The notes under the pieces: generated by a model
Database searches by the model: none
Seen by the model: only the letters and a program-made list of their open reading frames with translations
Told to the model about the DNA's origin: nothing
Shown: positions 1 through 9,221 of the stretch, piece by piece
Layout: every line of letters starts with the position of its first letter
Position numbering within the stretch: the first letter of the stretch is position 1
IMG/VR virus record: IMGVR_UViG_3300012942_000129
Span: 1-24,637 of that record
DNA length: 24,637 bases
Reading direction: 5' to 3' (one strand)
Source of the DNA: a virus
Taxonomy: Duplodnaviria > Caudoviricetes
Translations under genes and position numbers: made by a program

Positions 1-694
1 CCATCACCGGCTGCACGACGTCGCCGCCCTGCTTGAGGAGCTTGTCGAAGTCGGCCCAGGACAGCCAGCAGTGGCCCTCGTCGCCGAAGGACAGGCCCCA
101 CGAGTTGCGGATCCTCACTCGCTTCTTCTTCACGTCGTTGGCGACGACGCACACCTGGTGACCACCGGCCAGGCCGGAGTCCTCGTCGACGTGGATGGTG
201 GCGGTGTCATCCGGGGTGAACATCGAGTTGTACCAGGGCACCCCGATGCTGATCGGCCCGTCGTTGAGCATGCGCAGCGCGGTCGCCAGCGCCGTGGTGT
301 GCCGGAACGAGTGGATGAGGCCCTTCTTCTCCAGCGCCTGCATCGACCACGGGCCCGAGGATCCGGTGTCGTCCGGCGGGTACTCGCCCGGGATCTGCGA
401 GTCGTCCAGCTTCGTCTCCAGCTCGTACAGGGCGAGCGCGTCGTCCTCGTCGTAGGCGACGCCGGCGTGCCCGAACGGGGCCGTCACGAGGCAGCCCAGC
501 GCGGCGTTCGCAGTGCACGACCCCAACTGGCCCTGGTCGAACACCGGCAGGAACTCCTCGTGCTCCACGGTCACGATCGGGGCGGTCTCGTCGACGACCG
601 CGGCCAGCTCCGGCAGCAGCGCGTCATGGACCTGGTGCCGGCCGAGCCGGTACGGCGCGTCGGGGCTCTCGGTGAAACGGCGGAACTTCGGCAT
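1..694 (-). CDS. Papain-like cysteine peptidase, C1 family (C-terminus runs off the window edge)
   Basis: Hand translation (not in ORF track): MPKFRRFTESPDAPYRLGRH...FDQGQLGSCTANA...GPISIGVPWY...GGHQVCVV...IRNSWGLSFGDEGHCWLSW. Q-xxx-GSC, GH and NSWG catalytic motifs present; AAGGAG RBS before ATG at 694. Confidence 0.9.
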   Translation of the reverse strand, partial: MPKFRRFTESPDAPYRLGRHQVHDALLPELAAVVDETAPIVTVEHEEFLPVFDQGQLGSCTANAALGCLVTAPFGHAGVAYDEDDALALYELETKLDDSQIPGEYPPDDTGSSGPWSMQALEKKGLIHSFRHTTALATALRMLNDGPISIGVPWYNSMFTPDDTATIHVDEDSGLAGGHQVCVVANDVKKKRVRIRNSWGLSFGDEGHCWLSWADFDKLLKQGGDVVQPVM

Positions 695-733
695 GGTGCT
701 CCTTGATCGGGTGGTGCGGGTGAGGGTAGGGGT

Positions 734-774
734 GCCGGCCCGGGCGGCCACCCACGAGACACGCCCGGGCCGGC
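734..774 (-). terminator. GC-rich stem-loop, probable terminator or mRNA-stabilising hairpin
   Basis: Perfect 13-bp inverted repeat GCCGGCCCGGGCG (734-746) / CGCCCGGGCCGGC (762-774), 3 nt after the TAG at 778-780. Confidence 0.65.
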
Positions 775-777
775 GGT

Positions 778-969
778 CTAGTGGCCGCCCCGGCGTTTCC
801 GGGTGCGGGCAGCCTTCTTCGCCATGCGGGACCGCTGCTCGTGCGTGATCCCGGCGTTGGAGATGCGGGCCGCCTTGGACTTCGAGGAGCCCTTGCGGCG
901 CAGCGCCTTGTACACGTCCTGGCGGGTTTTTGCGACGTAGCCCCACTTGCCGCCGCGGCTGGAGACCAT
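778..969 (-). CDS. Small basic protein, DUF7218-like (63 aa)
   Basis: MVSSRGGKWG...VYKALRRKGSSKSKAARISNA... matches the YxALRxxGxSKxKAARISN motif; GGAAGGAG RBS 8 nt before ATG at 969; 20 K/R, 2 D/E. Confidence 0.8.
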   Translation of the reverse strand: MVSSRGGKWGYVAKTRQDVYKALRRKGSSKSKAARISNAGITHEQRSRMAKKAARTRKRRGGH

Positions 970-987
970 AGTGTTCACTCCTTCCTG

Positions 988-3447
988 TCAGGCGATGCGC
1001 TCGACGGTCGCCGAGGTGGCGGTGATCGTGTTGGACGCGGACGCGGTTCCCCACGTGGCGACGAGGGCGAGGGTTTGGGCTGCGGTGGTGTCCTTGGTGG
1101 TGCCGGTCCCGGCGGTCATGCCGGTGGTGCTGGCCGGGGTTCCGGAGCCGCCCGCACTCAGCCGGTCGAGGAGCGTGGCCTTGGCCCACCAGGTGCCGGC
1201 AGAGCCGGTGGCGTTGCAGCCCAGCAGGATCTCCACCTCGAACGTGCTGGACGCCAGGCCGGACGCGGTGGCTGTTGCGGCGCGCAGCGCGGTGGCGAAC
1301 AGGCTGGTGCCGCCGAGCTGCACGTCCAGGGCGAGCGTGGGCGTGCCGGTGGTGGACGCGGTGCCGCGCACGGTCAGCCGGTACACCGACCCGGCGACGG
1401 CGTCGTTCGCGGGGATCGCCAACGACGCGATCGCCGTCGCCGCCGTCGTGTTCGCCGCGGTGGCGGTCGCCGGGGCGAGCGCGTTGACGAGGTTGGCGCC
1501 GGGCAGGGTGCCGCCGCCGCGCGGATCAGTGACCGGTGCCGCGCCGCCGGTGACGATCGCCGCCGCGGTCGTCCAGCCGTTCCCGGACAGGTCGTTGTTC
1601 AGCAGCACACACCCGGTCGCGCCCGACGACAGGGAGATCCCATTGCTGGTGGTGCCGCTGTCCTTGTACACCTTGTTGCCGACGGCGGTCGTGCCCGGTG
1701 CTGTCAGCCGGATACCCGCCGACGCCGCGGCGCGGATCGTGTTGCCGCTGACCGTGGCCAGGCCGCCCGTAGACGTGGACGCGCCGACCGTGATGCCGTG
1801 GTTGGCGGTCGTGCCGTCGACGGTGTTGCCGACAATCGTGGCCCCCGCCGACCCGGCGGCGTTGATGCCGTTGGAACTCGCCGCCGTCACCGAGTTCCCG
1901 GTGATGCCCGCCCGCGGCGACTCCTGCGCGAGGATGCCGCCGGACGCGGTCGTGTCGGTCTTGTTGCCCTGAATGACGATGCCGGGCGCGTAGTCGGCAC
2001 GCACCCCGTACCCGTTCGGGTTGCGGACGATGTTGCCGCGCACCACCACATCGGACCACTGTGCCGCCGACACGCCGTCGACCCAGATCCCGGCGTCACT
2101 GCCGGCGTCCTCGACGAGGTTGCCTTCGATGGTGATGCTGTTGCAGGCCTGGGTGACGGTGGAGTCGGTGACGGCGAGGATGCCCGCCGCCGTCGTCCCT
2201 GCGATCTTGTTGTTGGCGATGACGCTGTCGCGCCAGTACATGGCGCGGATCCCGACGTCCGCGCTGGTGCCGAGGATGGTGCAGTCCCGCACGGTGATCC
2301 GGTCGTAGTAGGAGTCGGCGAGGATGCCGTGGGAGCCGATGGCGCGGCCGGCCGACGCCAGGCGGGCGGACGGCCCGAACCAGCAGCCCTCGAAAACGAC
2401 GTCCTCGCAGGCGGTGCCGTCGTACTCGGGGATCGCACTGTCCCCCGACTTGGCCAGGTCGATCTCGACGAACTCGCTGGTGGCGCGGGAGCCGTCGCCG
2501 GAGTTGTCGATGAACCCCTCGAAGCGGCAACCGGAGACGAGCGCACCGGACACGGCGTTGAGTTCCAGGGCGTGCGCGCTGGACGTGTCGCGGAAGGTGG
2601 CGTCGCGGACGACGATGTCGGTGCACTTCATGAACGTGGCGATGTTCGTCGTGGCGGTGGCCACGCCCGTGCCGTCGGCCGCGTTGTAGGCGTTGCCGTC
2701 CCACACGCCGCCGTACAGGCGAATGTGGGAGTGCCCGTTGTAGCCGGTCACGTCGTCGTCGCCGTAGAAGTTCCGCAGACACCCCGTCGTGGCGTGGATG
2801 GACTTGATGGTGGCGCCGTAGGCCCAGATGGTGACGCCGGCCCGCACCACCAGGAACGTGGAGACGGCGTAGGTGCGGCCGCCGGGGAACCACACGATGC
2901 CGCCGCCCGCCGTGTAGGCGTCGTCCAGCGCCTTCTGCAACGCGAGCGTGTCGTCGGACACGCCGTCACCGGCCGCGCCCTGCGGCACGAACACCCCGGC
3001 GGGCAGGCCCGATCCGCCGGTGGCGTCGGTGACGTCGGCCGGCGGGTACACGCCGGTGTTGCCGGACACCCACGTGCCGGTGAGGCGAATGTTCGTGGAC
3101 GCGGCGATGTCGGCGTTCGCGGAGCGGAGAAGGACGGTGCCGTCGGGGCTGATGGTGGCCTCGCCGTCGGCGAAGCCGTTGCCCCACTGGCAGTTGATGG
3201 TGGTGGCGGGCCGCCAGTCGCCGGGGAGTGTGGCGCACAGGGTGTCCGGGATGTTCCCGGAGGAGGCGGAGATGGCCGTGGTGACACCGACGAAGATGTC
3301 GACGAATGTCCAGCCGCCGGCCTTCCAGCCCTGGAAGGAGCTGACGGTGAACCCTGTGGCGGCGGTCAGCCCGGATGAGGTGGTGGCGTCGGGGGTGCGG
3401 TCGTTGAGGCGTTCGGGGGTGATCTTCATGCCGCTGAGCCAGAGCAT
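988..3447 (-). CDS. Tailspike or receptor-binding protein with a pectate-lyase-like right-handed beta-helix (putative depolymerase)
   Basis: 819 aa; GAAGDGVSDDTLALQKALD...GGGIVWFPGG pectate_lyase_3-type start motif; many IxGNxI beta-helix repeats; follows the minor tail gene. Confidence 0.85.
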   Translation of the reverse strand: MLWLSGMKITPERLNDRTPDATTSSGLTAATGFTVSSFQGWKAGGWTFVDIFVGVTTAISASSGNIPDTLCATLPGDWRPATTINCQWGNGFADGEATISPDGTVLLRSANADIAASTNIRLTGTWVSGNTGVYPPADVTDATGGSGLPAGVFVPQGAAGDGVSDDTLALQKALDDAYTAGGGIVWFPGGRTYAVSTFLVVRAGVTIWAYGATIKSIHATTGCLRNFYGDDDVTGYNGHSHIRLYGGVWDGNAYNAADGTGVATATTNIATFMKCTDIVVRDATFRDTSSAHALELNAVSGALVSGCRFEGFIDNSGDGSRATSEFVEIDLAKSGDSAIPEYDGTACEDVVFEGCWFGPSARLASAGRAIGSHGILADSYYDRITVRDCTILGTSADVGIRAMYWRDSVIANNKIAGTTAAGILAVTDSTVTQACNSITIEGNLVEDAGSDAGIWVDGVSAAQWSDVVVRGNIVRNPNGYGVRADYAPGIVIQGNKTDTTASGGILAQESPRAGITGNSVTAASSNGINAAGSAGATIVGNTVDGTTANHGITVGASTSTGGLATVSGNTIRAAASAGIRLTAPGTTAVGNKVYKDSGTTSNGISLSSGATGCVLLNNDLSGNGWTTAAAIVTGGAAPVTDPRGGGTLPGANLVNALAPATATAANTTAATAIASLAIPANDAVAGSVYRLTVRGTASTTGTPTLALDVQLGGTSLFATALRAATATASGLASSTFEVEILLGCNATGSAGTWWAKATLLDRLSAGGSGTPASTTGMTAGTGTTKDTTAAQTLALVATWGTASASNTITATSATVERIA

Positions 3448-3460
3448 GGCGCCGTCCTCT

Positions 3461-6220
3461 CTACGGCGCGAGGCCGGTGTAGGAGGGCTGCCACAGGGTG
3501 ACCGGTGTGCCCTCGTCTTGCGGTTTCGTGACGCCGTTGACCGATCGCACGACGGTGAACGTCTGCGGGCTGGCGGTGCCGGTGATGCCGGTGACGGTCA
3601 TGCGTTCCCCGCCGACGTTGATGTCGAAGGGGAAGTCGTCGGGGAACCCGTCGGTGGTGATCCACAGCGCGTACAGGCTGTTGTCGGTGGCGACCGACAG
3701 GACCGTGTCTGTCTCGTCGACAGCTGCGGCCAGGGTGCTGCCGTCGCCTCCCGTGCGGGACGTGGCGGCCACGGCGGTCTGCCAGATCCCGCCCGGGGTG
3801 CAGTTCAGCTGGAGTGTCCAGTTGGCGCGGTCGGTGGTGATGGTCTCGGTGTAGCCCTGGCACATGAGCAGCAGATCGTTCGGGGACACGTCGGCGGGCA
3901 CATCGGTGAGGCTGGCCAGCAGGCCGACGTCGAGGTCGTACACCTCCGGGTGCTCATCGGCGATGAGGCCGGCGTTGATCGTCAGGGTGGGGAAACGCGG
4001 TTCGTCCCAGGTGCCCTGGTAGACCAGCCATCCGGCGATCTGCGCGGTCTGGTCGTCGGTGTACAGGTTGAGAGTGACCTGTGTGTCGTACAGGCCCACC
4101 CCGTCCGGGTCGTCCTCGGGCGGGTTGACGTTCAACGGCCCGCTGGTCTGCACGTACCGGCCGGAGGATCCGCCCGAGCGGGACACGGTGGCGTCGTTGA
4201 CGATCAGGGAGTCGTCGTCGGTCGGGTCGAACGTGCCGACGACATGCCCGCGCCCGGTGTAGGACAGGGCCAGGGTGACGTCCTGGTTCTCCAGCCAGTC
4301 CGGTTGGAGGTACAGCATCCCGGGCCGGTCCCGCTGGTCCAGCAGCACCCCGCCGTCGGCGTCGCCGGCGTCGTCGAGGATGTCGAGGAAGTTCGCGAGC
4401 GGCTGCGGCCCGAGCTGCTTGCCCGCGTCGAGGCGGCCTAGTACGCGGACGGGAATGTTCTCCTGCGCGGCGAGCCGGTACAGGCGCTCCATGAGGATCT
4501 CGCCGGCGTAGCCGAGCATCGGGTTGCCGCCGTAGGGCCGGTCGACATCCGCACTGTAGGCGTCGGTTTCGGTGGTGTTCCACACGCTGATGTGGCCGAT
4601 GGCGAGACCGTCCACCAGGGCGCTCCACCCCGATGAGGGGGAGCCGGCGGCGGTGACGGTACCGGGCGTGGCGGAGGCCAAGGTGGTGGAGTAGCCGGCC
4701 GTGTCCCCGCCGACGGGCGCATAGTTGATGGCCCACGTCAGGCTGCCGTCGCCGTTGTCGGTGACGTAGAACCAGCCGACGGTCCACTGCCCGGCCATGG
4801 CGGCGGTGTCGACGCTGATGGTGAGGTCGACGAGGCCGTCGCCGGTGTCGTCCATGCCGTAGATGCGGGTGCCGGCGGGGCCCATCTGGATACGCCAGTC
4901 GTGGACGGTGCCGTTGGTCCGTACCGACATGACGGTGGCGACAGCGCTGGGCACACTGTCGTATTTGAAGATCCAGTACACGGCCCAGGAGCCGGTGGAC
5001 GTGTAGGCGGGCACGGGCGCGGTCAGGTAGGAGCTGAGGGCGCCGCCGCTGGTGTCGACGGTGGGCAGCGCCCCCGAGCCGAGGAGGTCGGTGGCGGCCC
5101 CGAAATCCATGTTGATCACGGAGGCGGGGTCGACGCCGTCCAGCGACGAGTAGGCCTGCGTGGACCCGGCGTCGTCCTCGCACGCCCAGTAGGCGACCGG
5201 CCCGTAGGTGGGGATGCGCTGCGCCAGCACCGACGTGAGCGCCTTGTGGCCGGTGCCCAGGCGCCGCCGCATCGACTGCGCGGTGATGGAGACGATCTGG
5301 TCCCGGTCGGACACGTCACGGCTGCGGGGCCATTCGGCGATCTCCCCGGAGAACCGGGTGGCCCAGTCGGTGACCTCCGCGCCCCCGCTGATCGTCCACG
5401 GCAGGCCGGTGCTGTCCGTGAACGCGGTCGTTCCGGCGGGCAGGCCGGTGAAGTCCACGTCGACGGCGACCGGGCCGCCGATGCCGCGGCGCAGCTGCAT
5501 GCGGGTGATGCTGGCGTCGACCGGGCTGGCCCCCGTCCGGCCGATCGTCAGCGGGGTGGTGGTGCCGGTGACGAACTCGAACTCGTCGAAACCGAAACTC
5601 GTCGCGGCACGCAGCGCCGTCCACGGCCCGTCCATCGACCACGCCTGGTAGAACGTGACCGAGCTGTCGCTGACATCCATGGTGACGCGTAGCGCTTTGC
5701 CCCCATACAGGGATGTGGCGACGAACGCGTACCCGGCATGATCGTTGGTGCCGTTCACGTAGAAGTAGAACCAGCCGTCGCCCGCCCGCAGACCCCACGA
5801 CCGGTCGGCGGCGGTGGTGCTCCACCGTTCGACCAGGACCCGGTTGGTGGCGGGGTTGGTGACGATGTCCGCGTCGAACTCGATACGGACGTCGAGGTCG
5901 CCGTTGATGTCGAACGCGTCGGCGGCGGGCGTGCTGGCCAGCCCGGTCGGGTCGTTGATCTGCAACCGGGACGCCGGGGAGGGGATGGACAGGCGCAGTT
6001 TCGTGTTGCGGCCGATGCGCCGGTAGTAGGGGCCGGTGGGGTTGCGCGGGTTGTAGCGGCCGTCCCGGTCGTTGAGGGTGAGCGTGACTTTGGTGGCGTC
6101 GGGGTCGTTGGACCAGTCCTGCCGGCCGCGGGTGATGACGATGTCGGCGGAGGTGCGCACGTCGTCGCTGATGTCGGTCCACGTGCCGGCGACGTTGAGT
6201 TCGGCCTTGTAGTCGGGCAT
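3461..6220 (-). CDS. Minor tail protein (tail tip/hub with LamG-like insertions)
   Basis: 919 aa directly after tape measure; N-term ELNVAGTWTDISDDVR...ITRGR and C-term GERMTVT...TFTVVRSVNGV typical of Streptomyces phage tail proteins. Confidence 0.85.
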   Translation of the reverse strand: MPDYKAELNVAGTWTDISDDVRTSADIVITRGRQDWSNDPDATKVTLTLNDRDGRYNPRNPTGPYYRRIGRNTKLRLSIPSPASRLQINDPTGLASTPAADAFDINGDLDVRIEFDADIVTNPATNRVLVERWSTTAADRSWGLRAGDGWFYFYVNGTNDHAGYAFVATSLYGGKALRVTMDVSDSSVTFYQAWSMDGPWTALRAATSFGFDEFEFVTGTTTPLTIGRTGASPVDASITRMQLRRGIGGPVAVDVDFTGLPAGTTAFTDSTGLPWTISGGAEVTDWATRFSGEIAEWPRSRDVSDRDQIVSITAQSMRRRLGTGHKALTSVLAQRIPTYGPVAYWACEDDAGSTQAYSSLDGVDPASVINMDFGAATDLLGSGALPTVDTSGGALSSYLTAPVPAYTSTGSWAVYWIFKYDSVPSAVATVMSVRTNGTVHDWRIQMGPAGTRIYGMDDTGDGLVDLTISVDTAAMAGQWTVGWFYVTDNGDGSLTWAINYAPVGGDTAGYSTTLASATPGTVTAAGSPSSGWSALVDGLAIGHISVWNTTETDAYSADVDRPYGGNPMLGYAGEILMERLYRLAAQENIPVRVLGRLDAGKQLGPQPLANFLDILDDAGDADGGVLLDQRDRPGMLYLQPDWLENQDVTLALSYTGRGHVVGTFDPTDDDSLIVNDATVSRSGGSSGRYVQTSGPLNVNPPEDDPDGVGLYDTQVTLNLYTDDQTAQIAGWLVYQGTWDEPRFPTLTINAGLIADEHPEVYDLDVGLLASLTDVPADVSPNDLLLMCQGYTETITTDRANWTLQLNCTPGGIWQTAVAATSRTGGDGSTLAAAVDETDTVLSVATDNSLYALWITTDGFPDDFPFDINVGGERMTVTGITGTASPQTFTVVRSVNGVTKPQDEGTPVTLWQPSYTGLAP

Positions 6221-6221
6221 G

Positions 6222-8915
6222 TCAGCTCGCCGCCTGGAGGCCGTAGGACTGCGCGCCGTTGATCTTGATGGACTTTTTGAGGAACGTGGTGAACGCGGTC
6301 TCGCCGCCGGTCGCGTCGAACGCCAGGCGGATGGTCTGTACGCCGTTGCTGCCGGACTGGCCGGAGGTGCGCACCGCCGCGTCGATGTTGCTGGGGATCT
6401 GCGAGCCGATCTGTGCCAGGGCGCCGCCGGCGGCGCCGGTCGCGGCGTCGGTCAGGCGGCCCACGGCGTCGACGACGCTGCCCTGTTCGGAGGCGATACC
6501 CAACGCCAGGCCCTGGCTGGTGTACATGCCGATCTCGTGGAACACCCGCGACGGGCTGCTGATGCCCAGGAACGACTTGGCGGACGACACGGCGCCGGAC
6601 ACCGCCGACTTGGCTGCGTTCGCGGCCGCCCCGGCCATCGACTTGATGCCGTTGATGAGGCCGGCGATCAGGTCGTGCCCGGCCGACCTGAGGAGGTTGC
6701 CGAGGTTGCCCAGCGCGGACTTGATACGGCCGGGGATGCCGGAGATGTAGGACAGCAGCGACGAGACGCGGGATCGGGCGCCGGTGTACAGGGACTGGAA
6801 GAACCCGATGACGCGGGTGACGATGCTGCGGATGCCGTTGAGGATGTTCCGGATCGTGTTGATGTTCCCGTTGATGACCGCCTTGATGGCTCCCCAGATC
6901 GCGGCGGCGGCGGTCTTCAGGGCGTTCCACGTCGTCGTCCAGGCGGTGCGGATCGCCGCGGCGACGGTCTGCCAGGCGAGTTTGAACGCGTTGAGCGTCG
7001 ACGTCCACGCGACCTTGAGGGCGTTCCACACTGCGGCCGCGGCGGTCTTCAGGGCGTTCCAGGTGGCGGTCCACGCGGCGCGCAGCCACCCCCACACCGC
7101 GGCGGCCGCCACCTTGATGGCGTTCCACGTCGCCGTCCACGCGGTCTGGAACCACGTCGTCTTCGTCGCGATGATCACGATGATGGCGATCAGCGCAATG
7201 ATCGCAATGATGATCAGGGCGATGGGGTTGGCGTTCATCGCCGCGTTCCACGCCCACTGCACCGCCGTCCACACCCGCGTCGCAGCCGACACCGCCAGCG
7301 TGACCGTCTTCTGCGCCAGCAGCCGCACCGTGGCCAGCGCCGTCCGGTTCCCGAAAATGGCCATCTGTGTCGACGACAGCGCGGTGTAGGCGGCGTTGAC
7401 TTTCGCCGCCGCCTTCAACCCGGCCATCGCATACAGCACCCCGGTCAACACCGGAACCGGCGTGTTCGCCACCAGCTTCGTGAACGCCCCGGCGAGCAGC
7501 AGCATCGGACTCGACCCGCGGGAGACGGCCTGCACCAGCCGCACCCCGGCCTGCGCCACCTGCGCGAGGACCCCCAGCAGCTTCGGGCCGTTGGTGTCGA
7601 CGTACTGGATGAACTTCTGGAATCCGCTGTTGGTGCTCAGGCCCTTCCCGAACGCGGCGAACCTGGCGGTGAGCTTCTGGAGGCCGCCGGTCATCGTGGC
7701 GGCCTGGGGGGCGAACGCTTTCCCGATACCGCCCAGGCCGGCGACGATGTTCTTCACCGACTGGATCAGCGCGGGCAGCGCGGCCTTGGCGATGTTGTTG
7801 ATCCCGGACAGCATGTTCGCCGCCCCACCACCCGACACCCAGCCGGCGAAAGACTTCACGAGGCTGCCGACCGCGCCGGACGCGGTCTTCACCAGCGGCG
7901 TCAACGACGGCAACAACTTCTTGATCGCGTTCAGGCCGGTCGTGAAAATCGGCATCGTCGTCGACGCCAGACTGTCGGACCACTTCGAGAAACTCGACTT
8001 CAACCCGATGAACGCCGTCGCCGTCTGACGCGTCGCCGGCGGCAACCCCGCCAACGCAGACCGGTACGCCTTCATCGCCTCCTTGGAGTCCGACGACTTC
8101 GCCGCAATGTCCGCCTGCGCCGTCGCATAAAGCTTCGCAACGCTGCTGACCTGCGTCAGCTGCGGCTTCACCGCCGCGGCCATCGCCCCGACCGCAACCC
8201 CCGATGCGGCCGCGGCGACCGCGATCCCACCCAGCGCCGTCGCCGCCGTAGCAGCAGCGGCCACGGCGACCGGCCCGATCGACGCGATTTTCGTGACGAG
8301 CGTGACGATCGACGACTTGTCGATCTTGCGTAGGCCCGAGCTGAGGTCCGACGCGATCCGCGACCCCACCGACGACCCGGTCGTCGCCGTCGTCGACTGC
8401 ACCCCCGCGGCGATCGCCCGCCCCGCCGCCTGCCCGGTCTGCGTACCGGCGGACACGAACCGGCCACGCGCATCCCGCAACCGGCCCGCGCCACTGTTCG
8501 CAACAGCCGTCACAGCAGCATTGACCTGCTGCGTGCTGGCCTGCACACCACTGGCAGCGGACTGCCCGAACCCCTGCCCGGCCTGCTGGCCGGCCGCGAC
8601 GAACCGGCCCCGGGCATCCCGCAGCCGCACGACACCGGTGTTGCTCAGGTTCGTGATGGCCCGCTGCGCCTGCTGCGCACCGTCCTGGATCCCCGAAGCG
8701 ACACCCTGCCCGGCCTGTTGGGCGCTGCCGCTGATGGCGTGGCTCGCCGACGCGGCGGCCGCCGACGCGTCGGAGGCCGCACGGATCGCCGACGCCGAAC
8801 CGCTGTTGTTGACGCCCGCGACGACGGCTTCGATGCTGGCGGCCGCGGCGGCGGCGTCGGCGACCGCCGTGCCCTGATCGAATTGCAGGCCGACTGTGAC
8901 GTTGTCATCGGCCAC
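6222..8915 (-). CDS. Tape measure protein
   Basis: 897 aa, Ala-rich; AAMNANPIALII segment, ~11-aa Trp-spaced repeats and LGISSPSRVF motif; follows the TAC genes. Confidence 0.95.
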   Translation of the reverse strand: MADDNVTVGLQFDQGTAVADAAAAAASIEAVVAGVNNSGSASAIRAASDASAAAASASHAISGSAQQAGQGVASGIQDGAQQAQRAITNLSNTGVVRLRDARGRFVAAGQQAGQGFGQSAASGVQASTQQVNAAVTAVANSGAGRLRDARGRFVSAGTQTGQAAGRAIAAGVQSTTATTGSSVGSRIASDLSSGLRKIDKSSIVTLVTKIASIGPVAVAAAATAATALGGIAVAAAASGVAVGAMAAAVKPQLTQVSSVAKLYATAQADIAAKSSDSKEAMKAYRSALAGLPPATRQTATAFIGLKSSFSKWSDSLASTTMPIFTTGLNAIKKLLPSLTPLVKTASGAVGSLVKSFAGWVSGGGAANMLSGINNIAKAALPALIQSVKNIVAGLGGIGKAFAPQAATMTGGLQKLTARFAAFGKGLSTNSGFQKFIQYVDTNGPKLLGVLAQVAQAGVRLVQAVSRGSSPMLLLAGAFTKLVANTPVPVLTGVLYAMAGLKAAAKVNAAYTALSSTQMAIFGNRTALATVRLLAQKTVTLAVSAATRVWTAVQWAWNAAMNANPIALIIIAIIALIAIIVIIATKTTWFQTAWTATWNAIKVAAAAVWGWLRAAWTATWNALKTAAAAVWNALKVAWTSTLNAFKLAWQTVAAAIRTAWTTTWNALKTAAAAIWGAIKAVINGNINTIRNILNGIRSIVTRVIGFFQSLYTGARSRVSSLLSYISGIPGRIKSALGNLGNLLRSAGHDLIAGLINGIKSMAGAAANAAKSAVSGAVSSAKSFLGISSPSRVFHEIGMYTSQGLALGIASEQGSVVDAVGRLTDAATGAAGGALAQIGSQIPSNIDAAVRTSGQSGSNGVQTIRLAFDATGGETAFTTFLKKSIKINGAQSYGLQAAS

Positions 8916-9207
8916 GGCGTGTCACCACCTTTCCGCCCATCCGCTTGTTCGCCCGCTTGACCTGCTGCAACATGTCCCGCCAGTGCATGCGCGGCCGCCG
9001 TTCGTTCTGGTCCCACTTGGGGAGGAAGTCGGTCGGTTCGGCGCGGCGGCCGCGGCCGGTGCGCATCGAGTTGGAGATGACCGCGGCGAGGATCGCCATG
9101 TGCACGTCCTGCCGCTCCGAGCCGAGCGGTCCGGTGACCTTCTCGTAGGCCATCCACTCCGCCAGCTCGGCGGAGGTGGTGCGGGCGAGGAGGTCGGTCA
9201 CGGTCAT
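8905..9207 (-). CDS. Tail assembly chaperone, C-terminal (gpT) portion; likely reached by -1 frameshift at 9261-9267
   Basis: The -1 frame is open from the slippery site: KLRSRPERRFYHRLAAHLG-MTVTDLLARTTSAELAEWMAYEKVTGPLG. Confidence 0.85.
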   Translation of the reverse strand: MTVTDLLARTTSAELAEWMAYEKVTGPLGSERQDVHMAILAAVISNSMRTGRGRRAEPTDFLPKWDQNERRPRMHWRDMLQQVKRANKRMGGKVVTRRGR

Positions 9208-9221
9208 CCCCAGGTGGGCGG

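Noticed and set aside
6880-7160. Degenerate ~33/66-bp repeats resembling an array
   Set aside because: Ordinary Trp-spaced tape-measure repeats; no spacers or cas genes, so not CRISPR
781-8333. Long plus-strand ORFs (865, 497 and 704 aa) and similar ones opposite portal and terL
   Set aside because: Antisense shadows of high-GC3 minus-strand genes; low-complexity R/G/P translations with no motifs
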